Shown here in pieces: positions 52,811 to 64,000 of a DNA stretch of 64,000 nt; position 1 is the first letter of the stretch; every line of letters begins with the position of its first letter. The notes under the pieces are model-generated. The model made no database searches and was not told the origin of the DNA. It worked only from the letters and a program-made list of their open reading frames with translations. The position numbers were made by a program, and so were the translations under genes. Where the stretch lies: contig JBDOQK010000038.1 in NCBI GenBank assembly GCA_040437565.1, positions 248,001-312,000 on the forward strand, read 5' to 3'. This stretch comes from Albugo candida. Its lineage: Eukaryota.

Positions 52811-55800
52811 TTGATAAATCATACTGTATAATCAAAGCCAATCCGGAAGAACATGTTTCGCGTAACATCAATAGTATCTTGCTAGACATCCGTAAGCATC
52901 CTTTATGTGCACAATTCTTTATAAATGGAAAAAGAAAAGATTAAAAGCTATCCGTGGAGTGCTGCCTGAACGAATTTTTATATGCAACAAAACGCTTTCA
53001 TCAGCAACGAAAAATCGCGCATGTAACATTTCGACAGTGCGGCAAAGTCGGTATTTGTTTTTTTATCTGTCAGCCTGTGGCGATTATAAAGGGTGCGAGA
53101 ATTGAATAACATTACCCAAAGTCATACAATGTGATATCATAAGATCCTGCGATGTGACACCCTCGCTACTGAGATTACTGTTTTCTAGTTGCATGTTACA
53201 GCGTTTCTCTTGTACGTTTTGTCCATGGAAACGCTACTGATATGTCTTGCAATTGATGCTTTGGTTTTACACTTTCTCTGAGAATAGCTCCGTAATTTTC
53301 TGTAGCTATATGCCGTTTTCAAAATCCGAGTGCTTCTTATCACGACTTATGTCGTATTCCGGTTTTATAATTGATGTAGAATGCTGAGAAATAGTAGTAT
53401 TGAAGCATGCAGATAAAGGCACAAATAGCAAGCAGAAAACTACTTGAACTCCTTGCACCTATTTGACCCTATTTCCAACACAGTTTTACCCTCACATCGC
53501 ACTGTGTGGAAATCCTCTTCACTACCAGAAAGAGTTTAATCTTCAAGTCGACATTCCCATCGTGATGTTAGTCCACTGACACACCTGAACTATATAATAG
53601 TCAAATAGCACCAATCGAGATTTTGAAGGAATCGGATGTATGATGTCAATGTTTCTAAACATATCGTCCGCTTCGATAGCCTTAGTAGCGATGCTTTGGT
53701 CCAAACAAAGAGTTCCAAGATGCTCGACCCCACAGCGTACTCTGTGGAGGTATCGCAAGTAACACAGATATAATGCGAGAATTGAACGCAATGTATTACA
53801 CAAACATCGCCTGCCCTTGCGACGTTTAAGAGAGCAATCAAGTCTTTGAGAAAGTTTCTTTGCTTTCAAGAGGATCGGAGTTAAACTCCATTCTTATACG
53901 CCTGGCCCAGATACTCGAACAGCGCATGATCTTTGTGTCTTTATCTTCTCTAACATATTTTAAAGCGCTTTGATTGGAAATGTCTTCGAATGGTTCGAAT
54001 GTTGGTACTCGTTGTGTGCTGTACTTTACAAGGAGTGCTAATATTGTCGAAGTAGACTGCTTTAGAAAACGACGATTTCAATTGCTCCAGGTGAAGCGTA
54101 GTGCTCATGCTGCAACACAATCCAGAGCTCAGCGACTGTCCTTGTCAGTGTGGTCGTATATAGAGTAGCTCAGACTCATTATTTTGGTCACAATCAAAAC
54201 GAGATGCTGCCGTGACTTCACCGCGGCATCAGAATACCAAGTGCAATATTATGTCATAATGTTCATTCATCAATCAGAACTGAGGTTGAATTGGTAAGAT
54301 TCGAAGGGTAAGACGGAAATGTAGTTTTTATGCAATTAGTAAATGTGATGCGAGGGCTATTACAGAGTCTTGCTTAGAAGGTTTTGATGCACGGGTCAAA
54401 GCCTGTGAATATATGTAGCTACGCAGGTAAGCTTCGATTTCGGACGTCAGGTCGCCAATGAAGGCTTTCATGGAGCCGGCAGTAGTTATCTGCACCGTGA
54501 CTATATTGCACATGTAATAACGAGCTTTTCTCTTTTCCTTCGGATTATCATTGGATTTGAATGCCACTTCTGGTACATCACCAGAAGTGTTACATCAATG
54601 CAAGGATTTGTTGCTTGAACCTTGGCGATTTGGGATAATATATTGCATGCCGCAGTTATGTCGGTGGTTTTCACGGTCTTCCCGAATTTTTTGTCGTCAT
54701 GGTGCTCTAAAAAAGAGCATTCATATTGGAATCATCAATTTTTCTGATGGACACTGCCGTTATCTTTTGGAAGAAGGCTTGAACAATTCTGACACAGAGT
54801 TCGATGCCACTTACATTGTGTCGTAGTGCATGTAGAAAATCATTCAGGCAGCGATCACCGACAGCATCAAACTTTTTTTCGCATTTATGAGTAATTGTGA
54901 ACATGAGAAAAAAACAGAAAGATGTCTAGCGAGATACTGTTGGTGATACTCGGAAGATACTCTTCCGAAGTGGTCTTTACTCTACAGATGCTTTTCAAGG
55001 GACAAGCGGCGACAGAAGCAAATCAGCTTGCGTTATGTCGAACCTTACTTGAAAAAAAAGTCAATACAATGTACCGTTTGTACTTGAGGTGAGCGTTCAG
55101 GCTCCCTCGATACTTTTATCTGCTCATAATCTGTTCGCACCCATTGTAATTCGCTCATGGGGTATTGTGCTATGTTTGACACTAGACCTGCTTTATCGCA
55201 GACTTTCTCTCATCGATAGTTAGGAGCTTCTTCTATAGTGTATAAAACCCGCACGGTCCATATTTTATATGAGACACCAATTAAGCTCATGCACACGACA
55301 TCGTACTCGACAAATCGCAACCTCATCGACAAAGTGCGCATTCTTATTTAAGGCAACCGATGTTTATGGCTCACGCTCAGTTCAACACTCGCACCAGATA
55401 CAGCCTCAGTTGAGGATGTCTATGTACTACAATAAGACGAACAGACTTGGTAGGCTGTGTTAAGCTATGAGCGTTCATACAAAATCATATGCATGAGAAT
55501 ACCCGAGCCTGTTGATAGATTATACAGCTGCTAAGATCTTTTACTATCGCTGTACCCAGCATGCAGTAGAAAATTACTTTCAAAGGTACAATGATCATCA
55601 AATCGTTTCCGCCACCATATGAACTTGACGAGGAGAAATATCAAAGTCACTCCTTGGTTATGAGCTGATACAGCACCTTTCGAGAACACAGGCGTATGTC
55701 TTAATCGTAAGACTGCCTTCGAGTGTGCCAAATATGCGCACTAATGGCTCTGTGCCAAGTGTAGAGTTAGTGCCTACAATGCCATCTATAAGTAGGATTC

Positions 55801-56163
55801 AATTGCATCCATCTCGTCGGCATAAAAGCAGACGCAATTCAATGCGTAACACTATGTCGCATTAGTTCTTTAGCAATTAGATACGGGGTCGAACTATGGA
55901 CATTTGAAAGGGTCCGAGGAAAGTGTAGTTATTCATGCGATGTCAGAAAAGGTGGTGCGGGGAACACTACCAAATCCTCCTCGCAAGAATGGGATACAAC
56001 ACACGCGTCTAGATGGAGCTCCGTCTCCCATGGTGTCGCGTCGGATACTGGCAACGTGGCGGTTTGACTGAGCAAGTGATAAGAGAAAAGATAAGGAAAA
56101 AATAGACATCCAAAAGGCAAGTTCAAAATTCGAACGGTTACACGACATAAAATGACCAGGAAA

Positions 56164-56790
56164 CTATTTTTTTTCTGGTAAGGCTCCGATTTCGAAAGCC
56201 GGATCCATGAATAAACTTGATATCACGGAAGCAGTAGTATACTTTCCAGTGACTGTGTTGCGCATGAAGAAATGCTGCGGCAATTTTTTCTTCGGATCAT
56301 CATCGGTCTTGAACCCGAATCCAGGTAGGACACCAACCTTGTTATTTGTGCATTTGAGATCTTGTTCCTTTCCTTCCGGTGCACATATGTGAGGTGTAGC
56401 GCACTGAGTAATATCCTTGCACTTTTGGCCCGCTCCCATGAATTCATACTCGTCTGTAATGTTAAAACGCGCCGTCATGTCATTGCTGACGGGGCTATCA
56501 ATAAACTCGTTTTCATGGTAATTTTTCGCGAAGAAGCATTCCTTCATAGAATAAGTATTAGGAACTTCTCTTATGGTTGCTGCCGTATAACCGTCGAAGG
56601 AAACCTGGATGATTTGGAGGCAAGGCTCGATGCTACCATCCACCCTGAGCCAAAAATCATAATCGTTGGTCTTTCGGTTCATTCTCGAGTACGATCGTAA
56701 CATGAGACCACGATGGTGTCCACGTGTCGTTTTTTTGTCCGAAAACACAAAGACAGAAAGCGTGAAGTGAAATAAGAACTTGAGGGCCAT
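56164..56790 (-). CDS. Intact secreted Cys-rich protein, 208 aa (candidate effector; family reference member)
   Basis: Signal-like MALKFLFHFTLSVFVFS, an open ORF with six Cys, an INR/FPR upstream and two paralogs in the window. Confidence 0.8.
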   Translation of the reverse strand: MALKFLFHFTLSVFVFSDKKTTRGHHRGLMLRSYSRMNRKTNDYDFWLRVDGSIEPCLQIIQVSFDGYTAATIREVPNTYSMKECFFAKNYHENEFIDSPVSNDMTARFNITDEYEFMGAGQKCKDITQCATPHICAPEGKEQDLKCTNNKVGVLPGFGFKTDDDPKKKLPQHFFMRNTVTGKYTTASVISSLFMDPAFEIGALPEKK

Positions 56791-56814
56791 TATCTAATGT
56801 TGGTGTTTTGAAGG

Positions 56815-56830
56815 GAATTGAAAAGTGAAT
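56815..56830 (-). promoter_or_regulatory. Oomycete INR+FPR core promoter element
   Basis: ATTCACTTTTCAATTC fits the consensus, 24 nt upstream of the ATG at 56790. Confidence 0.65.
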
Positions 56831-57433
56831 CACGTTGTTTGCGGCTCGTTCCAATATGCGTCAGATTTTACACTAACCTTGATCTGAAGAAAGTGAAGAG
56901 AGTATGCGTCATCGTTGCGTAATTCTTACAGTCCGACCAGAATGATGTTAGTATCTTTTGCGTAGGGAGGGTAATCACATGCGTTACATCAGTAAGTAAT
57001 GTATATGTAACATTATACTCACGTAGAAGTGTTACATTTCCTAATAGGATGTAAGACTAGTGGCAACGAGAGGCGACTATACTACACATCAATCCGATCG
57101 TATCGCATACCTTCATACTTTGTTTCCCTTGATTATATTATACTTGTTTGCGGCCCGTAAGTGAATTTCGGAATGCGTGCAATTGAGATGACAAACGATC
57201 TTTTGCGAAAGCAAAAGCGAAGCAAGAATTTTCGATCTCAGGACAAGAGACGTTCAAAAACAATCAGAAGAGAAGATTGTATGCATCGCATGAATGTGAG
57301 TCGCGAACAGCTGAGTTATTTAGTATTTATTTCATGCGTAATCTTATATGAATGCTGATTGGCTGCAATTAGGTACTTTACGCTATATGACTGGCTAGAA
57401 CTTGAGGGAAGCAAAAGGAGTGAACTGAGTGAC

Positions 57434-59006
57434 ATGAGTGATACGGCACTCACGAGTCCTCTCGATTCTCAGGAGGGATCTGATTCCCGTACTTTGCACA
57501 ATGTTCGTGAGGTCAAGACACACGTACTCCAACAATTAACAGAGTTGGAATCAGAACGTGTGAAGCATTACGAACCTCTCGTTGCGCAGAATTCCACGTA
57601 TTGGGATCGCTTTCAGGCGGAAATGACGTTTGGATATGGAAAAATTGTACAGCTACAGCAATTCCTTCTCAAGCGTTTGGAAGCGGTAGGCTTTTTGAGA
57701 GATTTTCTGTTTAATTCATTGAGTCGTCGTTCCATGTGTGTCACACTCTTTATTAGGATCAAGTGTACGTCGAAGCGATCCGAACGTCCTCACAGCCCTC
57801 AGTATCCAAACCCGTACAGGAAGCCCTTTCTTCTCAAAGTCCTTTTTCCACTTTTCAAGACGCTTTTGAATCGTTGACACGCTCACAGGAACAATTCGCC
57901 GACAAGTTGGACCAGTTTATCGCAAGTATCCGTAAAGATGTCCTACATCGGTATATTACCGAATTTAGCGTTCAATACAAAAGTGCCATCGATCGTATCA
58001 CTCAAAAAGGATCCTCCTTACATGAGGATTTAAATCGTACTCATGTAATCGTTTGTGAGTCATTCCATTCACTACAATCAATTCTGAATTGTCCTTTGGA
58101 CGGCTGGCGCTTGGAATTGACGTATTTCATCTCTGTTCAAAAATGGCAATCGAGTCGATGCGAATATGTAAAAGGAATGGCAGAATGTTTCAACGAATTC
58201 AAAACATTGGAAATCAATCGAATTGCTGTTCTTCAAAAAGCTTTGGAAGCGTACTTAAGGAAGCAACGTCTGTTCTTCGAGCAAATGGCACATGCGATAT
58301 CAGAACCGATGACTGCCGCAGAGGTACGACCGGAATCCATACAGCGCTAAGAGCTCATTTCGGACAATAGCGCGTGCATCCGGAAAAAGATTTGCTGCAA
58401 ACAATTCGACGGATTCCCAAAAACGTATGTCATCGCAATTCAATTCATTGAATCGCAATTCATTGACTTGATACTTGTTTGTTTTATCGCTTCAGGAGAC
58501 CGCGGCGGCAGTCCAAATGGAATTGGATCCAGGTTCACTATCCATCCCGTCCCCTCTACAAAGCCCTCTGGTACGCCATTCCATCGTTATGTCTCTCATT
58601 TACGTCTTTCTTTTCGAATTAGCTTCAAAAAATTGGTCTTCTTCGGTTCCAATTAACCGGCTCACTTTATAATTCGTGGAAATCGGTTGTTGGTGTCATC
58701 ACTTTGGATCGCTATTTCCATTTGTTTGACATAAATGGAGTCATCGAATCGACTAATTGGCTACCATTTCTATCGCATGCAACGCAAAATATTTCCATTG
58801 CGCTTGCGAATTGTCGAATTGAAATCGGTCGAAATCCGACGGAAAATGTCGAACAAGGAGCCATCTTCCAAGTAATTGAGACAACTGACGCAACAAGTTA
58901 CTTCCATCTCTTCCGTGAAGCACAAAAACGATTCATTTTCCAATGTCGCACTCAAGAAGAAATGATCGCGTGGGTCGTCGCACTTGATGCCTTGGAAACA
59001 CAATAA
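57434..59006 (+). CDS. BAR-like helical domain plus C-terminal PH-domain protein (5 exons)
   Basis: In-frame GT-AG model: 57434-57685, 57757-58323, 58371-58424, 58496-58570, 58623-59006. PH-like motifs QKIGLL..NSWKSVVGVITLDRYFHLF and FQCRTQEEMIAWVVAL. The start codon is uncertain. Confidence 0.8.
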
Positions 59007-59024
59007 TGTATCAATTTATCAAGT

Positions 59025-60499
59025 TTAATTCATTTTCACAGGATCAAAAATATCAATGATTCGGATCGCCGCATCAGCGCCACCAACTGCGAGCTGATCG
59101 CCAGCAGATGAGAAATCCAATGTGAAGACTCCGTGTGTCTGCCCGGTGATGGTTCCTAAAAGCTAACATGCAAAGAATTGGTAGATACTGATGAGAGTAT
59201 ATATGTAATAAAAGCGTACTTTGGTGTTATCACGATAAAATAATTTTGTTTCGTTCGATCCGCTTCCTCCTGCGGCTATTAATTGCTCCGTAGTGCCTTT
59301 GGAGAATTGCGCTGCATATACGAAACAAGCTTCGCCTTTGGAATTACTCTGATGCCAAGGAATTGAGCATAATTGCTTCCCGGACGCAAAATCCCACAAC
59401 TATCCATGATACGTAATACCCCGTGTACGTTTATATTATAAGTAATTTACCTCAAGAGNNNNNNNNNNNNNNNNNNNNNNNNNNNNNNNNNNNNNNNNNN
59501 NNNNNNNNNNNNNNNNNNNNNNNNNNNNNNNNNNNNNNNNNNNNNNNNNNNNNNNNNNCCCGTGTACGTTTATATTATAAGTAATTTACCTCAAGAGGAT
59601 TTTCAGGTCGCCAGGAACCCGTCAGAATCTCATTCTGATCGTTGACATCGACAGCGTCTCCAGCAAGATGCGGTCCATAAATTCCACGCACAGAGAGTCC
59701 GATTCGGACATCCCAAATTTGAATCGTATCATCCCAACCTCCAGAAATGATTACATGCTCCATTTTCGGATGATACTTTAGTGAGAAGACACGGTTCGAG
59801 TGTCCGGCGGTTCTCGTTCCCGTTCTTTGCAACGAAATGTGATGTCAGGAAAGAAGAATACGATAAGAGACAATGCGACGGCGTACCCGCCTTTCATTAC
59901 GGCGATCTCCTTCCTAGTTTTCTCGTCGTATACGTGCACCTGAAAGTTGGTGAGAGTCAAGTATACCTTTATGGAGGTCACGTACCGCGTAATCTCTACC
60001 AGCGACTGCGAATTGAGTTCCGTCAAGACGATAATCCAATGCGTATAATTGATTCTTCTCATTGGAAATTGTATGCAGACATTTTCCAGAGGTTATGTGC
60101 CAATGTTGAATCGAGCCGTCTGCGTCTTGATCGCGGTAATTAATATTACTGCGCCGCATAATAACCCTGAACAACTGATAAATAATGACGTACTGACTGC
60201 CAGCAAAACATTCTTTGTAGCGTTCATTAACGGCCGAAATCGAATTGCGGTAAACGGCATTCCGGACGGATTGGGATTTTGAAGTGTGTACGCTAATGCT
60301 CCATTTCGCGCGTGAAACACTCGGATAGCGCCATCGCCACAGCCAGCAGCCAGAAATTTATCATCGGGAGAAAATTTGGTGCAGAAAACTTGCGACGGGC
60401 AATCACTGCGATCAATTACAATTCATTATAGAATGATAATGAGCAGGATCGGAGGTACCTGATGGTGATATTTGGCGATAGACGCTTCGATTTCTCCAT
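59025..60499 (-). CDS. WD40-repeat protein (multi-exon; spans a gap)
   Basis: WD motifs FSPDDKFLAAGCGDGAIRVF, DGSIQHWH, GHSNRVFSLKYHP..ISGGWDDTIQIWD and LWDFASGK. Short GT-AG introns; ATG at 60499, stop at 59025. Confidence 0.88.
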
Positions 60500-60652
60500 T
60501 TTGAGATGAAAGAAAGCAAGGAAATGGATGAAATGTGCTCAACAGTTGCGGCGCGTCGTTTCAAGATCGTCGAATTCATCTGATTGGCGGAATGTTGTAT
60601 TGAGAGAATGTGATTGGATGGTAAAGGGTAACTCACTCAGTGATTGGGGAAT

Positions 60653-61125
60653 ATGTTACAAGGTGTTTTCATTCATACAGAGCGCCATGGAGCGCTGTTG
60701 GCCCATTACTTTGACTTTTCCGTACCTTTGCAAGCAAGGAATCAGTTGGATGTGTTTTTGGAGCTCTGGTGGAATTGTAGCAAACAGGAGAGCGATGGAA
60801 AGGATGAGGCTATCATGTGTAACCAGAGTTATGTTCTGATACGTTGTCTCGGCGAGTTACGGGTTACGCTTGTGGGTACCGGAGAGTACGATGAATTTGT
60901 GTGTACGTGCTATATGTATGGTTGTGAAACGCAAGATGTATACTGTTATGTGTAGTGTACGACGTCATGAATTTGCTATGTGCGCTTTTAATGACGCATT
61001 TGAAGAAACTTACTGAGAGCGCATTCGTCGAGAATTACGCAGCAGTGGTCGTGTTATTGGATGAAATTGTTCAATGCAATCATTGGGAGTCCACGGAACT
61101 CGGACCGCCTTCCACGCGCACTTGA
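60653..61125 (+). CDS. Longin-fold adaptor small subunit, TSET TSPOON/LOLITA-like (2 exons, intron 60903-60955)
   Basis: The spliced protein contains LGELRVTLVGTGEYDEFVLYD and TESAFVENYAAVVVLLDEIV, a sigma/zeta-type fold with the GxxEYDE signature I recall from plant LOLITA. Confidence 0.75.
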
Positions 61126-61534
61126 TGGAATAAATTGGAATATACTTCTTTGATTGGTTAAAAACGCTTTATTTTTATCAATCAATCATCGTGTGCAGTG
61201 ACTTGTAACCTCAACCACTACCCATACGACTCCTTTTGTATCGTTTGATGCTGATGAGCCAATCCGATTGCATTTCACCTTGACGCACAAAAGAAACTGA
61301 CTGCTTTCATCACAAAAAGCAACAAGAAAGACGGTTCACAGTCTACAATTTCATTTCACTTCGTTCGACTTCGATCGTACTCAGGTTATCCACAATAAAT
61401 AGGGGTTATGACTTTGGAATCCATGCGTACCCCAGTCTATAAATTACCTTGGGAATCCCAACAAAAATCACTTTCGTGGAAGCGATCGGTTGTAAACGTC
61501 TTGCTCCACACCAAATTACACGGAATCAGATTTC

Positions 61535-62821
61535 ATGAGTACTTCTTCATCTGCTTCGTGCGATCCATTACTGCTAAATGATATGATGGATTGGTCGTAT
61601 CAGAGCTCGCCGTTTGCGATGGATAGCCTTTTGGGTACTTCATCGGAGAAAGCCATGCAAGCAACATCGGTTTCGTCCTCAAATAGCTTTACATGTCCTA
61701 CTCTCGAGGATGATTTCGGGATGTATTTGAATCCTGCACGATCAACCCGATTTCATGTAGCACCACAACATAAACATAAACGGGTCAGATCTAGTTCGGA
61801 TTTGAATCAAACGCTCGGCCTTCCGTACACAGCAACGATATCGGAATGGATGGATGATGTTGCACGATTGGATAACGAAGTTACACCAATGTATCCGGCC
61901 GCTTCCAATGTAAATGGACCTTCACGCAACTGCGTGATCAACACGACCGTTCCAAGTGACACTGAAATGAAGTTCCATTCCGAAAGTTTGGAGCCAGACT
62001 CGCTTGATACCGAGAAAATTGGACAGGATGGAATACTTAGTAGATTACAGTCTTTCATCAACGATATATCTTGGTCCGATCTTCCGACTTCACCGATAAG
62101 TAAAGTGGAGCTGAATGTGAATGTGAATGACACGACCAAACCGTCGGAATCGTTGTGTTTCAATGATTGGTATCAACCAATAGGATCCAATGAAGAGCCA
62201 TCACGAATGAAGCGGAAACGGCCGCCTATGCACACACGACGACACTCCAACCCAGCAATTATGAATCAATTACAAGCGCTCCATCGATCAGTCAGTGTAA
62301 AGTATACCCCTCCAGCTCCAAGTATACCCTTCCCTGTCTCGAACACAAATGCCGCTTGTGTTCGCGAAAATGCAGTTTTAAAAGCTTCCATACATTCGGG
62401 TCACATGCGTCAATCTTCTTTACCCGAAAGCGACTTTCAAACGCATCTTCAGCAGTGCCGACCAAAAGCTGGAGTTCCTCATCGAGTCCGAAAAAGCAAA
62501 GTGCGGTCCACAGGTCTCTCGATGGATTTGTCTCACATGAAATTGGATTTCCTTCCAACATCTGATGCCATGTATCCTGTTTCTTCTTTCTTGGAGGAAG
62601 ACGCAACCAGTATACACGGTAACCGTAAGCTATACAAGTGTGGACGGTGTGGACAACCTAAAGTCGGGCATGTGTGCACGATGCCCGATCACCGAAACAA
62701 TTGGACGCAAATCGATTTGGATGTTACAAAAGGTTGTAACAAAGTGACACGCACAAGCTGCGCATCATTAACGGTTAAAACACTCTGGATTCCACAACAC
62801 CCGGATCATGGTCTATTTTGA
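61535..62821 (+). CDS. Ser/Pro-rich protein with a C-terminal YKCGRCGQPKVGHVC zinc-finger-like motif, 428 aa
   Basis: Long single ORF; the CxxC-x6-HxC motif is of a type recurrent in oomycete putative regulators. Confidence 0.85.
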   Translation: MSTSSSASCDPLLLNDMMDWSYQSSPFAMDSLLGTSSEKAMQATSVSSSNSFTCPTLEDDFGMYLNPARSTRFHVAPQHKHKRVRSSSDLNQTLGLPYTATISEWMDDVARLDNEVTPMYPAASNVNGPSRNCVINTTVPSDTEMKFHSESLEPDSLDTEKIGQDGILSRLQSFINDISWSDLPTSPISKVELNVNVNDTTKPSESLCFNDWYQPIGSNEEPSRMKRKRPPMHTRRHSNPAIMNQLQALHRSVSVKYTPPAPSIPFPVSNTNAACVRENAVLKASIHSGHMRQSSLPESDFQTHLQQCRPKAGVPHRVRKSKVRSTGLSMDLSHMKLDFLPTSDAMYPVSSFLEEDATSIHGNRKLYKCGRCGQPKVGHVCTMPDHRNNWTQIDLDVTKGCNKVTRTSCASLTVKTLWIPQHPDHGLF

Positions 62822-62989
62822 ATACGAACTTTTGACGTTTTGGCTAAGCGAGCTTTTGAACTTTAGAGGTACTGAGGCTTTTGATTGGCTCATAAGCAAT
62901 ACCAATTCATGCAATCAAACAATGTCGTTCGTTTTTTGCCTTTTCTCACAGGCGACTGTCCATAAAAAAACTTGAATTGACCTTCTCCC

Positions 62990-64000
62990 ATGCATCCGTG
63001 CTCTTTGCTACTCGCTCTATGTTTGTTGCTGCACACGCGTTTTGTATTCACACGACGAGAATCTGATTCCGACGATGGATTGAAGAGGAGTTCGCAAGCG
63101 GATCTACCGCGGCTTTCTATTCGTTCGATTGATTCCCCACACATCCGACAAGGTTCAAAGTCGCCATTTACGCGCTCATGGTCTGTTGACGCCCCCGCGA
63201 GTTCTCATCTGAAGCTCGAACAATTGGTTTTGAGTCTTCCTGGTCGTGTGTATGTGAATCAGACAAAATCTTTAGAATCGGCTAAATTACAAAAGCAGTC
63301 GCTCGCACATATTATCATCCAATCCGATTCAGATATTTTATCTCAGATCGATCTTGAAACCCTACATCACCATCACAGTGGACTTCGTCTTGAATGTGAC
63401 CTGCTTTATAATCAGAATATCACAACGACCATTCTACTGCATGATCCGTCTCAATTGGTCAAACTAGCTCTGCTTGCACCAAACGAGTTTGCTGTTATTG
63501 GTCAAAACGTGTTACGAAATAATGACTCTATCGCGCTCGTGACGAATGGTGGTGGCAATCTGATTCTCGATATTCCAACCACACAACTATCCGCTCAGTC
63601 TGTCACACTCACCAGCATCGGTCGTGGTAACCTGAATGTGCGCGCAGCTTCCATTCAGACCAAACGGATAACACTTCTCACCACCGGAAATGGAAATATT
63701 ACATTTCTAACCCATTCCTTCGTGTGCGAGCAATTATATGCCAGTAGCGCCGCCAATGGCTCCACGCAGGTAAAAACTGGTAAATTATCGATATCAAACA
63801 TTGAGATTCAAAGTTCCGGCGCTGGAAATATCAATTTGTGGGCAAAATGGTCGCAAAAGTGTCAATATGAAAGCCTTAGTATCACTTCTTCAAGCACAAT
63901 CGATACAGCCAGCGTCTCGTGTCAGGAAGGGAATGTGATTGTGAGCGGCGACGGTGTCGCTATGATCAATGTAGTGGACAACTTACGCGCAAGGATACTT
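62990..64000 (+). CDS. Secreted GIN-domain (DUF2807-like adhesin-head) protein, runs off the window
   Basis: MHPCSLLLALCLLLH signal, LSLPGRVYV, and repeated beta-solenoid units (TNGGGNL, SIGRGNL, TTGNGNI, SSGAGNI, VSGDGVA). I saw no stop before the window end. Confidence 0.8.
   Translation, partial: MHPCSLLLALCLLLHTRFVFTRRESDSDDGLKRSSQADLPRLSIRSIDSPHIRQGSKSPFTRSWSVDAPASSHLKLEQLVLSLPGRVYVNQTKSLESAKLQKQSLAHIIIQSDSDILSQIDLETLHHHHSGLRLECDLLYNQNITTTILLHDPSQLVKLALLAPNEFAVIGQNVLRNNDSIALVTNGGGNLILDIPTTQLSAQSVTLTSIGRGNLNVRAASIQTKRITLLTTGNGNITFLTHSFVCEQLYASSAANGSTQVKTGKLSISNIEIQSSGAGNINLWAKWSQKCQYESLSITSSSTIDTASVSCQEGNVIVSGDGVAMINVVDNLRARIL

Overview
Eukaryotic, roughly 42-43% GC (estimated by eye), short-intron sequence with oomycete INR/FPR core promoters. 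It is most consistent with an Albugo (white rust) scaffold; this is inferred from CCG-type effector relics, oomycete Copia elements and GC content. About 1-56 kb is a gene-sparse region rich in transposons and pseudogenes. It holds a full-length decayed Copia element (21094-26079) with LTRs, TSD and a half-tRNA PBS, further Copia LTR/RT relics, two intron-containing IS630/Tc1-type transposase relics, a MULE, a chromoviral Gypsy relic, a tRNA-derived SINE with a 13-bp TSD and a kelch pseudogene. It also holds several secreted-protein genes or pseudogenes: two CCG-like, two intact 208-aa orphans, and a three-member Cys-rich family. About 57-64 kb is a compact cluster: BAR-like/PH protein, WD40 protein, TSET small subunit (TSPOON/LOLITA-like), a CxxC-HxC zinc-finger protein and a secreted GIN-domain protein. 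The block at about 12.5-17 kb is a decayed colinear duplicate of about 55.9-60.3 kb. Ten 100-N gaps are present; five are flanked by uncollapsed duplicated contig ends.
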